Part shown: positions 30,511 through 41,977 of the stretch, in pieces
Layout of the letters: every line of letters starts with the position of its first letter
Numbering within the stretch: the stretch's first letter is position 1
Origin: Nitrospinales bacterium
GTDB lineage: Bacteria > Nitrospinota > Nitrospinia > Nitrospinales > VA-1
DNA: 64,000 nucleotides
Assembly (NCBI GenBank): GCA_965262115.1
Contig: OZ253496.1
Location: 608,001-672,000 of the forward strand
Reading direction: 5' to 3'
Translations under genes and position numbers: made by a program
Notes under the pieces: model-generated
Databases searched by the model: none
What the model saw: the letters and a program-made list of their open reading frames with translations, nothing else
What the model was told of the DNA's origin: nothing

Positions 30511-31941
30511 ATGGCAATGGAAATGAAAATGAGTTTGAACCTGAAGATGACCCAGAAGCTGGTCATGACCCCCATGCTTCAACAGGCCATCAAGCTCCTG
30601 CCATTGGCACGCCTGGAACTCGCCCAATTGGTAAGACAGGAAATTATAGAAAATCCAATCCTGGAAGAATTACTTGAAGATGAAAACGAGCAAGAAGATA
30701 GCCAGGAAGAAGAACGACCGACTGAAGAATCCACCACCTCCGACACGGAACAGGATACGAGCTCTCAGGATCAGGAAATCGACTGGGATAATTATTTCCA
30801 AGACAACATTGATCGGGGGATGTCGATCGAAAGCTATGCCGAAAAACCTTCTATTGAGGCCACCTACAAAAAAGAAGCTACTTTGGCAGACCACCTCATG
30901 TGGCAACTGGATTTGTCCGTCGACTCTGAAGAGGATAAGTTTATTGGCTCCTGCATTATCGGCAACATTCAGAACGATGGGTACCTTTGCGCGGACCTGC
31001 CGGAAATTGTTGGCATCAGCCAATCCGATGAAGAAAGTGTACTGAGGGTTTTAAAAATCATACAAACCTTTGAACCCACTGGGGTTGCCGCCCGGTCCTT
31101 GAAAGAATGCCTGATGATTCAGGCCCATGCCCTTTCAGATAAAAACCCCTATGTCGAAGTGCTTATTGAAAATTATCTCGAGCGGCTTGAGGACAGGTTC
31201 CTGCAAAAGGTTGCCTCTGAATTAAAGATTGATTTAGAAGAAGTTTTAGGAGCCTTGAAAATCATCAAGGGTTTTTGTCCGAAACCAGGGCTTTTATTCA
31301 GTTCCGAGGGGGTCGATTATGTGATTCCAGACCTTGTGGTAGTAAAAACGGATAAGGGTTACGATGTGGCCTTGAACGATGAGGGGGTACCCAACCTGAG
31401 GATCAGCTCTTATTATCACAACCTATTAAAAACCACTAAGGAAGGACAAACCAAAGAATACCTGGAAGACAAATACCGATCTGCTTCATGGCTGATTAAA
31501 AGCATCGACCAGAGAAGACAAACCATCTACAAAGTTGGAAAAAGTATCGTAAAACTGCAAAAGAATTTTTTGGACGACGGCTTATCCTATTTACAACCCA
31601 TGGTTCTAAAAGATGTGGCTAAGGATATTGAAATGCATGAATCGACGGTAAGCAGAATTACCACTAACAAATATATAGATACACCGCAGGGAGTTTTTGA
31701 GCTGAAATTCTTTTTCCATAGCGGCATCAAGTCCTATATGGGAAGCTCCATATCCTCCATCCGTGTAAAAAACATGATCAAAGAAATTATCATTGAAGAA
31801 GACAAAAATAATCCATTGACAGATGACCAAATGGTGGAGGCATTAATGAGAAAAAATGCTAAAATAGCCAGGAGGACAATCACCAAATACCGAAAAGAGC
31901 TGAATATTCCACCTGCGAGCAAGAGAAAAAAGTTGTTTTAA
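30511..31941 (+). CDS. rpoN: RNA polymerase sigma-54 factor
   Basis: MTPMLQQAIKLL, HESTVSR, RpoN box ARRTITKYR. Confidence 0.97.
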   Translation: MAMEMKMSLNLKMTQKLVMTPMLQQAIKLLPLARLELAQLVRQEIIENPILEELLEDENEQEDSQEEERPTEESTTSDTEQDTSSQDQEIDWDNYFQDNIDRGMSIESYAEKPSIEATYKKEATLADHLMWQLDLSVDSEEDKFIGSCIIGNIQNDGYLCADLPEIVGISQSDEESVLRVLKIIQTFEPTGVAARSLKECLMIQAHALSDKNPYVEVLIENYLERLEDRFLQKVASELKIDLEEVLGALKIIKGFCPKPGLLFSSEGVDYVIPDLVVVKTDKGYDVALNDEGVPNLRISSYYHNLLKTTKEGQTKEYLEDKYRSASWLIKSIDQRRQTIYKVGKSIVKLQKNFLDDGLSYLQPMVLKDVAKDIEMHESTVSRITTNKYIDTPQGVFELKFFFHSGIKSYMGSSISSIRVKNMIKEIIIEEDKNNPLTDDQMVEALMRKNAKIARRTITKYRKELNIPPASKRKKLF

Positions 31942-32023
31942 TTTCCCCTGCATTTTAGTAATTTATGCACCTTTAGCGTGCTTTAATCATCATAAGCTGT
32001 TGACGTTTTTTTTGGAGAGATCG

Positions 32024-32353
32024 ATGAAACTGACTGTAGCCGGACGAAACATTGAAATCACGGATGGCATCCGTGAGCACTTGCAAAATAAAATGGATAA
32101 GACTATCAACGAACTGGGTGAGAAGGCAGACGTCCACGTGGCACTGTCTGTAGAAAAGCACCGGCATTTTGCGGAGGTCACCGTAAAAACAAAGGGGTTT
32201 ACGGTACACAGCACGGAGGAGACTGACGACCTCTATGCTTCGATGGATAATGCTCTGACAAAAATGGAAAAGCAATTAAGAAAACACAAGGAAAAAGCCC
32301 AGGCACTTAGAAACAAAAAAGGCTCGCAGTCCAAACTGAGAAATCAGGCCTGA
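32024..32353 (+). CDS. hpf: ribosome hibernation factor (HPF/RaiA)
   Basis: GRNIEITDGIR, DLYASMD, KQLRKHK; follows rpoN. Confidence 0.9.
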   Translation: MKLTVAGRNIEITDGIREHLQNKMDKTINELGEKADVHVALSVEKHRHFAEVTVKTKGFTVHSTEETDDLYASMDNALTKMEKQLRKHKEKAQALRNKKGSQSKLRNQA

Positions 32354-32385
32354 ACCGACATTATCCATAATTTGCTCCCATTAAA

Positions 32386-32850
32386 ATGAAAATTGACGAT
32401 ATTTTAAAAAAGGGTTCCATCATTGCCAATCTGGCTGGAACCAATAAGGAAGAAGTCCTCCGGGAAATCACCGATTTCCTGCAAGAGCAGGGCCTTGTCA
32501 AGGACAAGGAGACCTTGCTCAATACCTTGATGGAGAGGGAAAAACTGGGAAGCACGGGAATTGGTGAAAATGTGGCCATTCCACACGGAAAATCCGATGA
32601 ACTTTCCCAAATCATTACGGTATTTGCACGTTCATTAAATGGGGTGGATTTTGAGTCCCTTGACCAAAAGCCTGTCCATTTTGTATGCATGGTTATCGCC
32701 CCCTCTAATTCCACAGGGCAACATTTAAAAGCGCTGGCTCGCATATCAAGGATTTTTAAAATCCAGAATTTGCGCGATAGTATTCTAAAGCTACAGGACG
32801 CAAATCAAATCTATTCACTTCTTCTTGAAGAAGACTCAAAGTTTATTTAA
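32386..32850 (+). CDS. ptsN: PTS IIA(Ntr)-like protein
   Basis: REKLGSTGIGENVAIPHG, FESLDQKPV, HLKALARIS. Confidence 0.9.
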   Translation: MKIDDILKKGSIIANLAGTNKEEVLREITDFLQEQGLVKDKETLLNTLMEREKLGSTGIGENVAIPHGKSDELSQIITVFARSLNGVDFESLDQKPVHFVCMVIAPSNSTGQHLKALARISRIFKIQNLRDSILKLQDANQIYSLLLEEDSKFI

Positions 32851-32856
32851 TTGGCC

Positions 32857-34626
32857 ATGAAAGGTATCGCCGTATCAAAAGGGGTTGCAATCGGAAAAGC
32901 GTACCTGCTTGATTCAACCAAGTTCTGCATCATCAAGCACCAGGTCAGCGAACTTGAAGCAGAAAAAGAGGTTGAGCGCTTTCGCGAAGCCATTGAAAAA
33001 ACCAAGCTCCAAATGGCGGAAATAAAAAAGCGCGCTGAAAAAATTGCCGATAAATATGCGGTTATTTTGGATACCTACACCCTGCTCCTGGATGATGACA
33101 TCCTGGTAAACGATACCATTGAAAATATAAAAAAATATAAAACCAATGCAGAGTGGGCGCTCACCCAAACTTTAAATAATTTTTTAAAACTGTTTGACAA
33201 TATCAACGATGACTATTTGAAGGGTAAAAAAGACGACCTCGACCTGCTGGTTCAGACTATTTTGAAAAACCTCATTGGCCATTCCCAGGAATCCCTGTCT
33301 GATATTCAGGAGCCAGTTATTATTGCAACCCATTCCCTGAGTCCCTCCGACACCATAATGATGCCTAAAACCTTCGTCAAAGGTCTGGTCACCGAGGCAG
33401 GCGGAAAAACCTCCCATGTGGGCATATTTGCCGCAGCGCTGGGAATCCCTGCTATCACCGGAGTCAAAGAGATCACTTCAAAAATAAATTCCGGGGATCA
33501 GATCATTGTTGACGGCATTGATGGCGAGGTCATCATCAGCCCCTCCAGTGAAACGATACAACAGTACTCAAAGAAAAAGGAGAACTACCGCAAATATGAA
33601 GAAAGGTTATTAGCCAATATCCATCAACCGGCAGAAACACTTGATGGACACCATATTAAACTGCTGGCCAATATTGAGTCCAATCAGGAAGTCAAAAGTC
33701 TGCATAAGTTTGGGGTGGAAGGCGTAGGACTTTACCGCACAGAGTTTCTTTATTTGGCGGCAACTACCCTGCCGGGAGAAAGAGAACTCTATGAAAATTT
33801 CAAACAGGTTGTCCAGGAAATGGACACTCGGCCCGTTGTCATTCGCACCCTGGATATCGGAATGGACAAGCAATTCAACGATGTCAGAAGTAGCGATGAA
33901 GACAATCCCGCCCTCGGCCTAAGAGGCATTCGCTTATCTCTCGCCCAACCTCATCTATTTACAAACCAGTTAAAAGGCATTTTGGGGGCGAGCTTATATG
34001 GAAATGTGAAAATTCTTTACCCTATGATCTCTTCGACAACGGAAATTGTTCAAGCCAACAAAATCCTGGAAGACGCAAAAAACGATTTGCGGCAAGAGCA
34101 AATTCCATTTAATGAAGAAATTGAAGTCGGCGCCATGATAGAAACCCCGGCCGCGGCCATCTGCATTGATCATATACTAGAAGAAGTTGACTTCATCAGT
34201 ATTGGCACCAACGATTTAATCCAATATCTTCTGGCAGTAGACCGAGTCAATGAGAGCGTCGCACACCTGTATCAGCCCTTTCATCCTTCCGTGTTAAGAT
34301 CATTAAAAAATATTTTGCAGTCTGCAGAAAATGCTGGCAAAAAGGTTTCCATTTGTGGAGAGCTTGGGGGAGACCCGATGGCAACCATGCTGTTATTAGG
34401 CTTGGGAAAAATTGATGATTTGAGTATGGAGCCTCATTCGGTTCCAAAAGTAAAAAAAATCATTCGCACCATTCGGCTTGAAGAAGCACGCCAATTGGCT
34501 GATGATGTTTTAAAGATGAGTTGCCCCGACGAAATAACATCCTTCATCACCAATGCCATGAGAATCCGATTCCCAGAAGATTTTGACCGGGACCTCAGCT
34601 TTGAGGAAAAATTGAATCCCGCCTGA
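32857..34626 (+). CDS. ptsI: phosphoenolpyruvate-protein phosphotransferase (PTS enzyme I)
   Basis: GGKTSH, GVGLYRTEF, NPALGLRG, MIETP, SIGTNDL, ICGE; no N-terminal GAF domain. Confidence 0.9.
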   Translation: MKGIAVSKGVAIGKAYLLDSTKFCIIKHQVSELEAEKEVERFREAIEKTKLQMAEIKKRAEKIADKYAVILDTYTLLLDDDILVNDTIENIKKYKTNAEWALTQTLNNFLKLFDNINDDYLKGKKDDLDLLVQTILKNLIGHSQESLSDIQEPVIIATHSLSPSDTIMMPKTFVKGLVTEAGGKTSHVGIFAAALGIPAITGVKEITSKINSGDQIIVDGIDGEVIISPSSETIQQYSKKKENYRKYEERLLANIHQPAETLDGHHIKLLANIESNQEVKSLHKFGVEGVGLYRTEFLYLAATTLPGERELYENFKQVVQEMDTRPVVIRTLDIGMDKQFNDVRSSDEDNPALGLRGIRLSLAQPHLFTNQLKGILGASLYGNVKILYPMISSTTEIVQANKILEDAKNDLRQEQIPFNEEIEVGAMIETPAAAICIDHILEEVDFISIGTNDLIQYLLAVDRVNESVAHLYQPFHPSVLRSLKNILQSAENAGKKVSICGELGGDPMATMLLLGLGKIDDLSMEPHSVPKVKKIIRTIRLEEARQLADDVLKMSCPDEITSFITNAMRIRFPEDFDRDLSFEEKLNPA

Positions 34627-34698
34627 TATTACTGAAACAATAATTAAACTATTTATCTAAATTTAATTTTTAACCTTCCCAAAATAAGGAAATTTTGA

Positions 34699-35859
34699 AT
34701 GAGCTCAGGAAATTATTTATTCACCTCAGAATCTGTATCCGAAGGACATCCCGACAAAATAGCGGATCAGGTTTCCGATTCAATTCTGGACGCGATATTA
34801 GAGCAGGACCCCAAAGCAAGAGTTGCTTGTGAAACGATGATCACCACCGGCTTCGCTGTAATTGCTGGAGAAATCTCGACCGACTGTTATGTTGAAATTC
34901 CTAAAATTGTCAGGAACACCATAAAAAATATAGGGTTCTCCCACTCCGATATGGGTTTTGATTTTGAAACCTGCGGTGTAATGGTTGCACTCGACGAACA
35001 ATCCAAAGATATCGCCCAAGGGGTAGACGATGACAAGCGCGAGCAAGGCGCCGGGGACCAGGGAATGATGTTCGGCTATGCCAGCGATGAAACTCCGGAA
35101 CTGATGCCAGCACCCATTATGTATTCCCATAAACTGGTGCGTAAGCTTGCTGATTTGAGAAAAAAGAGAGTGCTCCCCTATTTGAGACCTGACAGCAAAT
35201 CTCAGGTCTCGGTCAGGTATGAGAATAATAAACCTGTCAGCATTGAAACGGTCGTCATTTCAACCCAGCATGATCCCAACGTCTCCAACAAACAATTACG
35301 CTCCGAAATAACGGAACTTGTGATTCAAAAAGTTATCCCGAAAAAACTGCAACATAAAAAGATGAAAGTCCATATCAACCCAACAGGACGCTTTGTTATT
35401 GGCGGTCCGCACGGCGATTGCGGTTTAACGGGAAGAAAAATTATAGTGGATACCTATGGTGGATTCGCCCGGCATGGTGGGGGTGCCTTTTCGGGAAAAG
35501 ATCCGTCCAAGGTCGACCGCTCCGCCGCTTATATGGCCCGCTACATCGCTAAAAATCTGGTTGCAGCCAAAGTGGCCCATCGATGCGAAGTTCAGCTTGC
35601 CTACGCCATTGGGGTTGCCAACCCAGTTTCAGTTTGCGTGGAAACTTTTGGAACTCATAACGTCAACCCGGATATCATGGAGGATCTGGTCCGGTCCCAT
35701 TTCAACCTCAGGCCCGCAGGCATTGTTAAAACGCTGGATCTCTTAAAACCCCGTTACCTGTCAACTGCGGCTTATGGACATTTTGGCAGAAAGGAAAGTT
35801 CTTTCACGTGGGAGAAAACAGATAAAGCCAAAGCCATCAAAAAGGATGCAGGATTATAA
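34699..35859 (+). CDS. metK: S-adenosylmethionine synthetase
   Basis: [42 protein letters not shown]. Confidence 0.98.
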   Translation: MSSGNYLFTSESVSEGHPDKIADQVSDSILDAILEQDPKARVACETMITTGFAVIAGEISTDCYVEIPKIVRNTIKNIGFSHSDMGFDFETCGVMVALDEQSKDIAQGVDDDKREQGAGDQGMMFGYASDETPELMPAPIMYSHKLVRKLADLRKKRVLPYLRPDSKSQVSVRYENNKPVSIETVVISTQHDPNVSNKQLRSEITELVIQKVIPKKLQHKKMKVHINPTGRFVIGGPHGDCGLTGRKIIVDTYGGFARHGGGAFSGKDPSKVDRSAAYMARYIAKNLVAAKVAHRCEVQLAYAIGVANPVSVCVETFGTHNVNPDIMEDLVRSHFNLRPAGIVKTLDLLKPRYLSTAAYGHFGRKESSFTWEKTDKAKAIKKDAGL

Positions 35860-36247
35860 GGCAAGAAAGAATGTGGTTTTGACCGGTGGTGTTTGATAGC
35901 CGTTCAGGCCGCCGCCCCAAAAACCACTTCTTTAATTTTCCGGTTGCTAAGAAAGCACTCCCGGCATAGACCTCTTCAATATGCTGAACCTCGAAACCCG
36001 CCTGTTCCACTCCCGTTCCAAGGATATCCAGCCCGGTATAAACCATACCCTCCTGAATACGCGCTTTTAGAAAACGCAAAAGAAGACCGGAACCACAACC
36101 CGCATCCAACAGGTTCAAGGATTTTCCGTCCGGCAAAGCAGCAACCACCCGCCGCATCGATTCAAAATAGGATTCCGGAGACAGTCGGTCATAAAGACGG
36201 GATTGAAATCCCACCAACCAATAGTTCCTGCTGTAAAACTTACTCAT
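35837..36247 (-). pseudogene. class I SAM-dependent methyltransferase, apparently internally deleted
   Basis: Motif I LLDAGCGSG and YTGLD are followed almost at once by a C-terminal-type AGFEVQHIEE segment; the central motifs are absent. Confidence 0.5.
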
Positions 36248-36334
36248 GGTTTTCCTGAAAATTAAAAACTCAACCGCTTGTCAGCCACCGGGAAAAAGAA
36301 TATAATTACCGTTGTAACTGAAAGGAGTAACTGG

Positions 36335-36772
36335 ATGGCTAAAAAACCTTTTATCAATAAACACGGGTTTGTGGAATACCCGTTTCTCCATGACACTCGC
36401 AAACAGAAGAACTGGTGGTTTTATAACCTACTTGAGGACCACCTCAAACGCCGGGCCCGACAAAAGGTCGGCCCTAATTATACTCGGGACGATTGCGAGG
36501 ATGATTTCAAAAGAATCCTGGCCGGGACCAACCTGAAATTTTATGTCTTACTCCCCTCAGGAATGGGAATGGAATTCAAGTTGATCGGGAAATATAAAAC
36601 CCCCGAACTCATAGAAATTGAAGACCCGGTTCCTTATATCGCCGAAAAATATGGTGGTGGAAAATTCAAGGTTAATATCTATCACGAAGGCACCTTCGCC
36701 GGAACAGAAAATTTTAAAGCCCATGGTGATCAAAAATGGGTCGAGATTGAAGATGACAATCCCACAGGCTGA
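36335..36772 (+). CDS. hypothetical protein
   Basis: RBS AAGGAG before ATG 36335; 145 aa with globular composition. Confidence 0.7.
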   Translation: MAKKPFINKHGFVEYPFLHDTRKQKNWWFYNLLEDHLKRRARQKVGPNYTRDDCEDDFKRILAGTNLKFYVLLPSGMGMEFKLIGKYKTPELIEIEDPVPYIAEKYGGGKFKVNIYHEGTFAGTENFKAHGDQKWVEIEDDNPTG

Positions 36773-36861
36773 AAAATTTCCATATACCTGTGGATAACTG
36801 CAAGCTTATATATTTTGAGGGTTGTCCTAATTACAAAAAGGTGTTTGGAATTATAAGAAGT

Positions 36862-37278
36862 TTAATCCAGCTCTTCGTCGGGATTGCGCGGCTTCTGAAT
36901 GGTGGGAACAGTGAACTTGAGGCTCGATGGCAAGGTGGAGGCTTTTTTTCCGTAGGCAATATTCCCGCTTTCCCCTTCCAGTCCAATATAGATATTTTCA
37001 TTTCTGACCTTTACCGGATAAGTCGGGATAAAAAGTTCCGGGTTTTGCATATTCGCCCCGCTCTCCAGTTTGAAACGCCATTCATGATTCGGGCAGATCA
37101 CAATGCCTTCTTCAATACGCCCTTCTCCTAAAGGCGCACCTCTATGCGGACACTTGTTGGCAATGGCATAATATTTTCCCTTATAGTTAAAAAGAGCGAT
37201 CTCATCCTCACCTGCTGATATGATGGCGGACTTGCCGATAGGAAGATCCTCCTCGGTCATGACTTTGACGTATTTCAT
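36862..37278 (-). CDS. Rieske [2Fe-2S] ferredoxin (NirD-like)
   Basis: CPHRGAPL...CPNHEWRF (CxH...CxxH). Confidence 0.88.
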   Translation of the reverse strand: MKYVKVMTEEDLPIGKSAIISAGEDEIALFNYKGKYYAIANKCPHRGAPLGEGRIEEGIVICPNHEWRFKLESGANMQNPELFIPTYPVKVRNENIYIGLEGESGNIAYGKKASTLPSSLKFTVPTIQKPRNPDEELD

Positions 37279-37284
37279 AAAGTT

Positions 37285-38646
37285 TCAGCTTTCCTTCTCT
37301 GGCTCTTCGCCTTCTTTATAATACTCAATCTCGCAGTTTGAGTAGATAAAGTTCATGGTTTTCTGCCCCAGTAACTTGGTCGTGGTCTGGCTCAACGAAT
37401 CCGGATTGGACATGATGCGTTTTTGGATATCTTCCACCTTCTGCTTAGTCTGTTTGGCCAGTAGTTCATATTCGCCTTCCATGTCCTGTTGAGTCAGATG
37501 AATATTTTCGGCAGCGGCAACGGACTCCAACATCATATAACCGGTGGTGTTAAAGATGGCTTTTTCTCTCCATTCCTTAACCGCTTTTTCAGGCTCAAAT
37601 CCGGAGTCCTCCAGCTTCATTCCCGACTGGGCAATTTGAAACTTCATGCCTTCTATCAGGAATTTCAATTCCCGCTCTATCACCGATTCCGGCGGATCCG
37701 TCTCGGCATCTTTGACCAGCATGTTAAAAATATCCTCTTTAATTCTTAGCTCTTCATGCTGCTCTTTATGGTTTTGCAGGTCAATCTTGATGGCCCGACG
37801 AAGTTCAAGGACAGTGTCAAAACCTTCCCGCTGGGCAATTTCATCGGTTAATTCCGGCAAGTGCAGTTTTCTTATTTTTTTAATTTTAACTTTAAAGATG
37901 GCCCGATCATCTGCCTGCTTTTCGTCAGCCCCCGGAATGGGAAAACTGATCCGGCGCATTTTCTGGTTCCAGTCAGCGGGGAGGACGGCCTTCACCTCAA
38001 AATCCTCATCCTGGACATGCCCGATCAACTGATCCTCGAAACCGGGAATCATCTTCTTTTCACCCACCCGCATTTCATGATCTTTAGCGTTGCCATTTTC
38101 CAACAGCTCCCCATTCATTGTACCTTTAAAGTCCAAAGCCAGGATGTCTCCATCCTGAACCGCATAACCCGCAGGCATGTCTTCCAGCGAACCCTGGCGA
38201 CTGAGAACCTTTATCAGGGTTTCTTCAACATCCTCGTCCTTGACAACCGCTTCCTTCTTCTTAAATTTAAGCCCCTTGTAATCCTTAACTTTTAATTCCG
38301 GTTTTATGTCAAGAATCACAGCAAACTTCAAAGGCTCATCGCGTTTCATATCCTGCATCCCAGAGTGGTCGATCTCCGGCTGACCCATAGGTCTGAGTCC
38401 GGATTTATGAAGTGCCTCTTCATAATATTCCTGCATCAACTCCTGAAACATTTCCGTTAAAGACTGCATCGGAACCTGTTTCTCAAGGATTTGCTGAGGA
38501 ATCTTTCCCGGTCGAAATCCCGGAATCTTGACCTGCTTGTTCAAAACTTTATAAGCATCTTTCACCCTCTTCGATACTACATCTTCGGGGATAGTGATAT
38601 TGATCTTTCTCTTCAAACCTTCTAGTTCTTCAACATCAAATTCCAT
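37285..38646 (-). CDS. tig: trigger factor
   Basis: IPGFRPGKIP ribosome-binding loop; FKBP domain MIPGFEDQLIG. Confidence 0.94.
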   Translation of the reverse strand: MEFDVEELEGLKRKINITIPEDVVSKRVKDAYKVLNKQVKIPGFRPGKIPQQILEKQVPMQSLTEMFQELMQEYYEEALHKSGLRPMGQPEIDHSGMQDMKRDEPLKFAVILDIKPELKVKDYKGLKFKKKEAVVKDEDVEETLIKVLSRQGSLEDMPAGYAVQDGDILALDFKGTMNGELLENGNAKDHEMRVGEKKMIPGFEDQLIGHVQDEDFEVKAVLPADWNQKMRRISFPIPGADEKQADDRAIFKVKIKKIRKLHLPELTDEIAQREGFDTVLELRRAIKIDLQNHKEQHEELRIKEDIFNMLVKDAETDPPESVIERELKFLIEGMKFQIAQSGMKLEDSGFEPEKAVKEWREKAIFNTTGYMMLESVAAAENIHLTQQDMEGEYELLAKQTKQKVEDIQKRIMSNPDSLSQTTTKLLGQKTMNFIYSNCEIEYYKEGEEPEKES

Positions 38647-38740
38647 ACTCAAACCTTTCCACCAGGCGTGGCCGAAGAACCGCCGGGGATAATTAGCAAA
38701 TAAACATTTCTCTGTGAAAGCTGCGTTTCGGCACAACAAC

Positions 38741-39898
38741 TCATTTCCCAGTTGCCTCCACGGCTGGTGGGAATTTTTCCAGGATCATCTGGTCGATTTC
38801 CTTTTTCAACTGACCCAGTATCTCTTCATAGGGAAAAGATCCCAGCGTTTCTGTTCCCTTTTTCAGGTTCACCCGTGCAGGTCCGCACCAGAGCCCCAGG
38901 TCCGCGTCATCAGTTTCTCCCGGACCGTTCACTCGACATCCCATCACCGCGATGGTCAGCTTATATTTTTCAGCATACTCGGTCATCTTCCGCACATCCT
39001 GAGCCAGATCGATAAACTTTTCATTCTCCACCCTCGAACAACTGGGGCAAGCAATGATATTCAATCCTTCAAGAAAATTTTCGGGAACAGAGCGGAAGCG
39101 GCCTTCCTCAATATCTTTCAGGATTTCCCGGCCAACCTCAATTTCCTGACCTTTCTCATCGTTGGGCAGGGTTAGGGAAACTCGAATCGTATCGCCAATC
39201 CCGGCGGATATCAACTGCTCAAAAGCGATCCGGGTCTTAATGATACCTTCAGGGGGAAGCCCCGCTTCGGTCACTCCCAGATGTAAAGGAACATCCGGGC
39301 GTTCTTTAGAAAACCGGCGATTGGCTTCAATGACTTTCTGAGATTCTGAATCTTTGAGTGAAACACAATAATTTTCAAAACCCATCTCATCAAGCATCTG
39401 GCAATGATCGACTGCAGACCGGACCATGGCCTCTACCGAATCGTCTTTATAACGTTCCTTGTAGTCCGGGTCCACCGAACCACAGTTGACACCGATGCGA
39501 ATGGCGCAATCGTTTTTCTTCGCCGCGTTAACGATGAACTCCACTTTTTCACGAATGGACTTTTCTTTTTCCAAATGAAACAAGTGCCCCGGATTGTAAC
39601 GAATCTTGTTCACTAAAGGAGCAACGATAGGCGCCAGCTTGTAATTTTCCTGCAGGTCCACCGACCACACACTTTCGGGAAATTTTTGTCGCAGGATTCG
39701 AAGAGCTTCCACATCCTTTTCGCTGTCCACAGCAATACGAATAATATCGGCTTGAGCCGCTTCCAGAACCTCAATCTGTCTGGCCGTGGCTTCCAGATTC
39801 TGAGTTTGGGTCGCCGCCATGCTTTGCACTGCAATGGGGGCATCACCACCAATCTCAACTCTGCCAATACGTATTTTTCGTGTTTTTCTCGGTTTCAT
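38741..39898 (-). CDS. ispG: (E)-4-hydroxy-3-methylbut-2-enyl-diphosphate synthase
   Basis: [50 protein letters not shown]. Confidence 0.95.
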   Translation of the reverse strand: MKPRKTRKIRIGRVEIGGDAPIAVQSMAATQTQNLEATARQIEVLEAAQADIIRIAVDSEKDVEALRILRQKFPESVWSVDLQENYKLAPIVAPLVNKIRYNPGHLFHLEKEKSIREKVEFIVNAAKKNDCAIRIGVNCGSVDPDYKERYKDDSVEAMVRSAVDHCQMLDEMGFENYCVSLKDSESQKVIEANRRFSKERPDVPLHLGVTEAGLPPEGIIKTRIAFEQLISAGIGDTIRVSLTLPNDEKGQEIEVGREILKDIEEGRFRSVPENFLEGLNIIACPSCSRVENEKFIDLAQDVRKMTEYAEKYKLTIAVMGCRVNGPGETDDADLGLWCGPARVNLKKGTETLGSFPYEEILGQLKKEIDQMILEKFPPAVEATGK

Positions 39899-39987
39899 AT
39901 ATATTGCGTTCCTGTAGGGTCCTGTGGGTCGAAGGTAAAGATTAACAAATAAAGGGTTCCAGAACAAGGAAGCTCTTATCCTGAAGG

Positions 39988-41073
39988 TTAGCCCGCCCTG
40001 GAATTTTCCTGGTTATGAGTGCGATCCAGAGGGAAGGGATTTTCAGTATTGTTAAAATCCGGCAAATTATGCACGGTCGCTTCCATGGATTGAAGGTACA
40101 AATTTTCAAATCCCAGTTCCCGGGCCATAGTGATGGCCCTTTCATATTCCTCTCGGCTGATTTCCCGGTTCAGCAGTGGTTCAGCGGAAAAGTTCGAACC
40201 CAAATCAGAAGATTTTGACCGGAGATGAAAATTTGTCCCTCCGGCGAGGAGCGCGGCTTTATGAACAGGACGGTACTGGCTCATCAGGCTCAAAGGCACG
40301 CTCGGCGACAGTTCGAGAGCGATGAAGCAAAGGGTCTCCCAGGTTCCGGCATGGTCTTCGGGCAAGAGCAGATGCCGAACCAGTAATCCCCGTTGGGCCA
40401 GACCATCCTCCCCTATTTCCAGAGGTCCGACCTGCCGATACATTTCCAACACCGCCAGTCGGGAAAATTCCGGGTATTCCTGAATATGCGAAATCTTCTT
40501 GGCTGTAGCGGAATGGGCATATTTCAAATCCGGCAGATAAATGTCCACCACCCCATCCAGAAGTTTTAAAGTGGGCATGGCATCATAACCATTGGTGTTA
40601 TAAATGATCGGAATTTTCAAACCCATCTCCCGGGCAAACGACAGGCTTTTCAAAAGTCCCGGAACGACATGGGAAGGAGAAACCCAACCGATGAAATGCA
40701 CCCCCTCCTCCTGCAAGCGCAGCATTTGTTGAGCGGTAGACAGCCAGGATTGCTCCAGACTGACTGCATCCGTCGGATTCTGCCAGAGCTGGGAAATCTG
40801 AAAATTCTGGCAATAATCACAACGCATATTGCACGCCGTGACAAACAGGTTGCCCACCCCACCCGTGCCGACCAGAGGAGGTTCTTCGCCAAAATGCCGG
40901 ACACTGGAGGAAACCCTTAAAAGATCGGTTTGACCGCAATAGCCGGTTTGACCCTGGGTGCGGTCCACCCCGCAAGCATGGGGACACACCCGGCATTCCC
41001 GGTAAATTTCATAGGCCTGTTGGGCTCGTGACTCCAACTCAGACCGGCTCAATTCCAGATAACGTGCAGACAA
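39988..41073 (-). CDS. radical SAM protein (PflX-like)
   Basis: [48 protein letters not shown]. Confidence 0.85.
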   Translation of the reverse strand: MSARYLELSRSELESRAQQAYEIYRECRVCPHACGVDRTQGQTGYCGQTDLLRVSSSVRHFGEEPPLVGTGGVGNLFVTACNMRCDYCQNFQISQLWQNPTDAVSLEQSWLSTAQQMLRLQEEGVHFIGWVSPSHVVPGLLKSLSFAREMGLKIPIIYNTNGYDAMPTLKLLDGVVDIYLPDLKYAHSATAKKISHIQEYPEFSRLAVLEMYRQVGPLEIGEDGLAQRGLLVRHLLLPEDHAGTWETLCFIALELSPSVPLSLMSQYRPVHKAALLAGGTNFHLRSKSSDLGSNFSAEPLLNREISREEYERAITMARELGFENLYLQSMEATVHNLPDFNNTENPFPLDRTHNQENSRAG

Positions 41074-41110
41074 TTTATTTTATTTCCATTTTATTTATGA
41101 AACTTACTCA

Positions 41111-41917
41111 TCACACTGTCATTATATCAGGAAGGAGTTCCCGACCGATTGCAAAAGCCGATGTGAAACGCTCCAGCCCATGACTGCCACCATTGACCAA
41201 CTTTCGCGCTCCTTTCAGGTCTCCCTCCAGCAATTCCTTTTTGATTCTTATTTCTTTAGATGCTAGAAATCTGGCCAGCAAGCGGGAGGCAATATCGGGC
41301 TCATTGGCCAAGTCCGGTTGCTCCAGCAAGTCCTCTTCAATAGCATTGCCATGAACCGCGTAATTATCACGCCCGGTCAACTGGATAAATCCACGGCCTC
41401 TAAACCGCTCACCATCCGGGGGGCCTTGGTTGCCCAAGTCTTCCCGGAAATCGTACAGGTCGAAAGGGTGCCCATCGGGCGAGGTATTGAATCGGGAACG
41501 AAATTCGCTGATGGGACGGAACCCTTCCGTTTCCGCTCGAATGGTTGCCAAAGCCACCAGAACCATTCCTTGATCCACCAACCCTTGCTGTTCGAGTCCA
41601 TTCAGCACAAAGGGGAGATATGTTTCTATATTCGCAATGGGCGTATGAGGAAACATTCGCGCCACGATGGAAACCGTGACCGCTGGAAGAATAGAAACCA
41701 CCTCAATTTGATCTTCAGGGATCAAAGCAGAAAGAGTGCGTGGCCCGGCTATGCCATCATCCAGCAGGCCTTTACTTTTTTGAAAAGCCATCAAAGCCGA
41801 TTCGGTTCCCGGCCCAAACTCACCGTCAATCGGTCCGAGATTAAAACCACTCTCCTTCAGCATTTTTTGCAATGCCTCGACTTCCGACCCGGACGAATGC
41901 AATCTTAAAGTTTTCAT
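41111..41917 (-). CDS. peptidoglycan-binding domain + GH19-like lytic enzyme
   Basis: PG_binding_1 repeats ([19 protein letters not shown]); GH19-type [16 protein letters not shown] and VNGGSHGL. Confidence 0.8.
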   Translation of the reverse strand: MKTLRLHSSGSEVEALQKMLKESGFNLGPIDGEFGPGTESALMAFQKSKGLLDDGIAGPRTLSALIPEDQIEVVSILPAVTVSIVARMFPHTPIANIETYLPFVLNGLEQQGLVDQGMVLVALATIRAETEGFRPISEFRSRFNTSPDGHPFDLYDFREDLGNQGPPDGERFRGRGFIQLTGRDNYAVHGNAIEEDLLEQPDLANEPDIASRLLARFLASKEIRIKKELLEGDLKGARKLVNGGSHGLERFTSAFAIGRELLPDIMTV

Positions 41918-41977
41918 GGCGACACTCAGGAATGCTAATATAATGGAAAATTGAAAACACTTTACGATTCTTACAAC

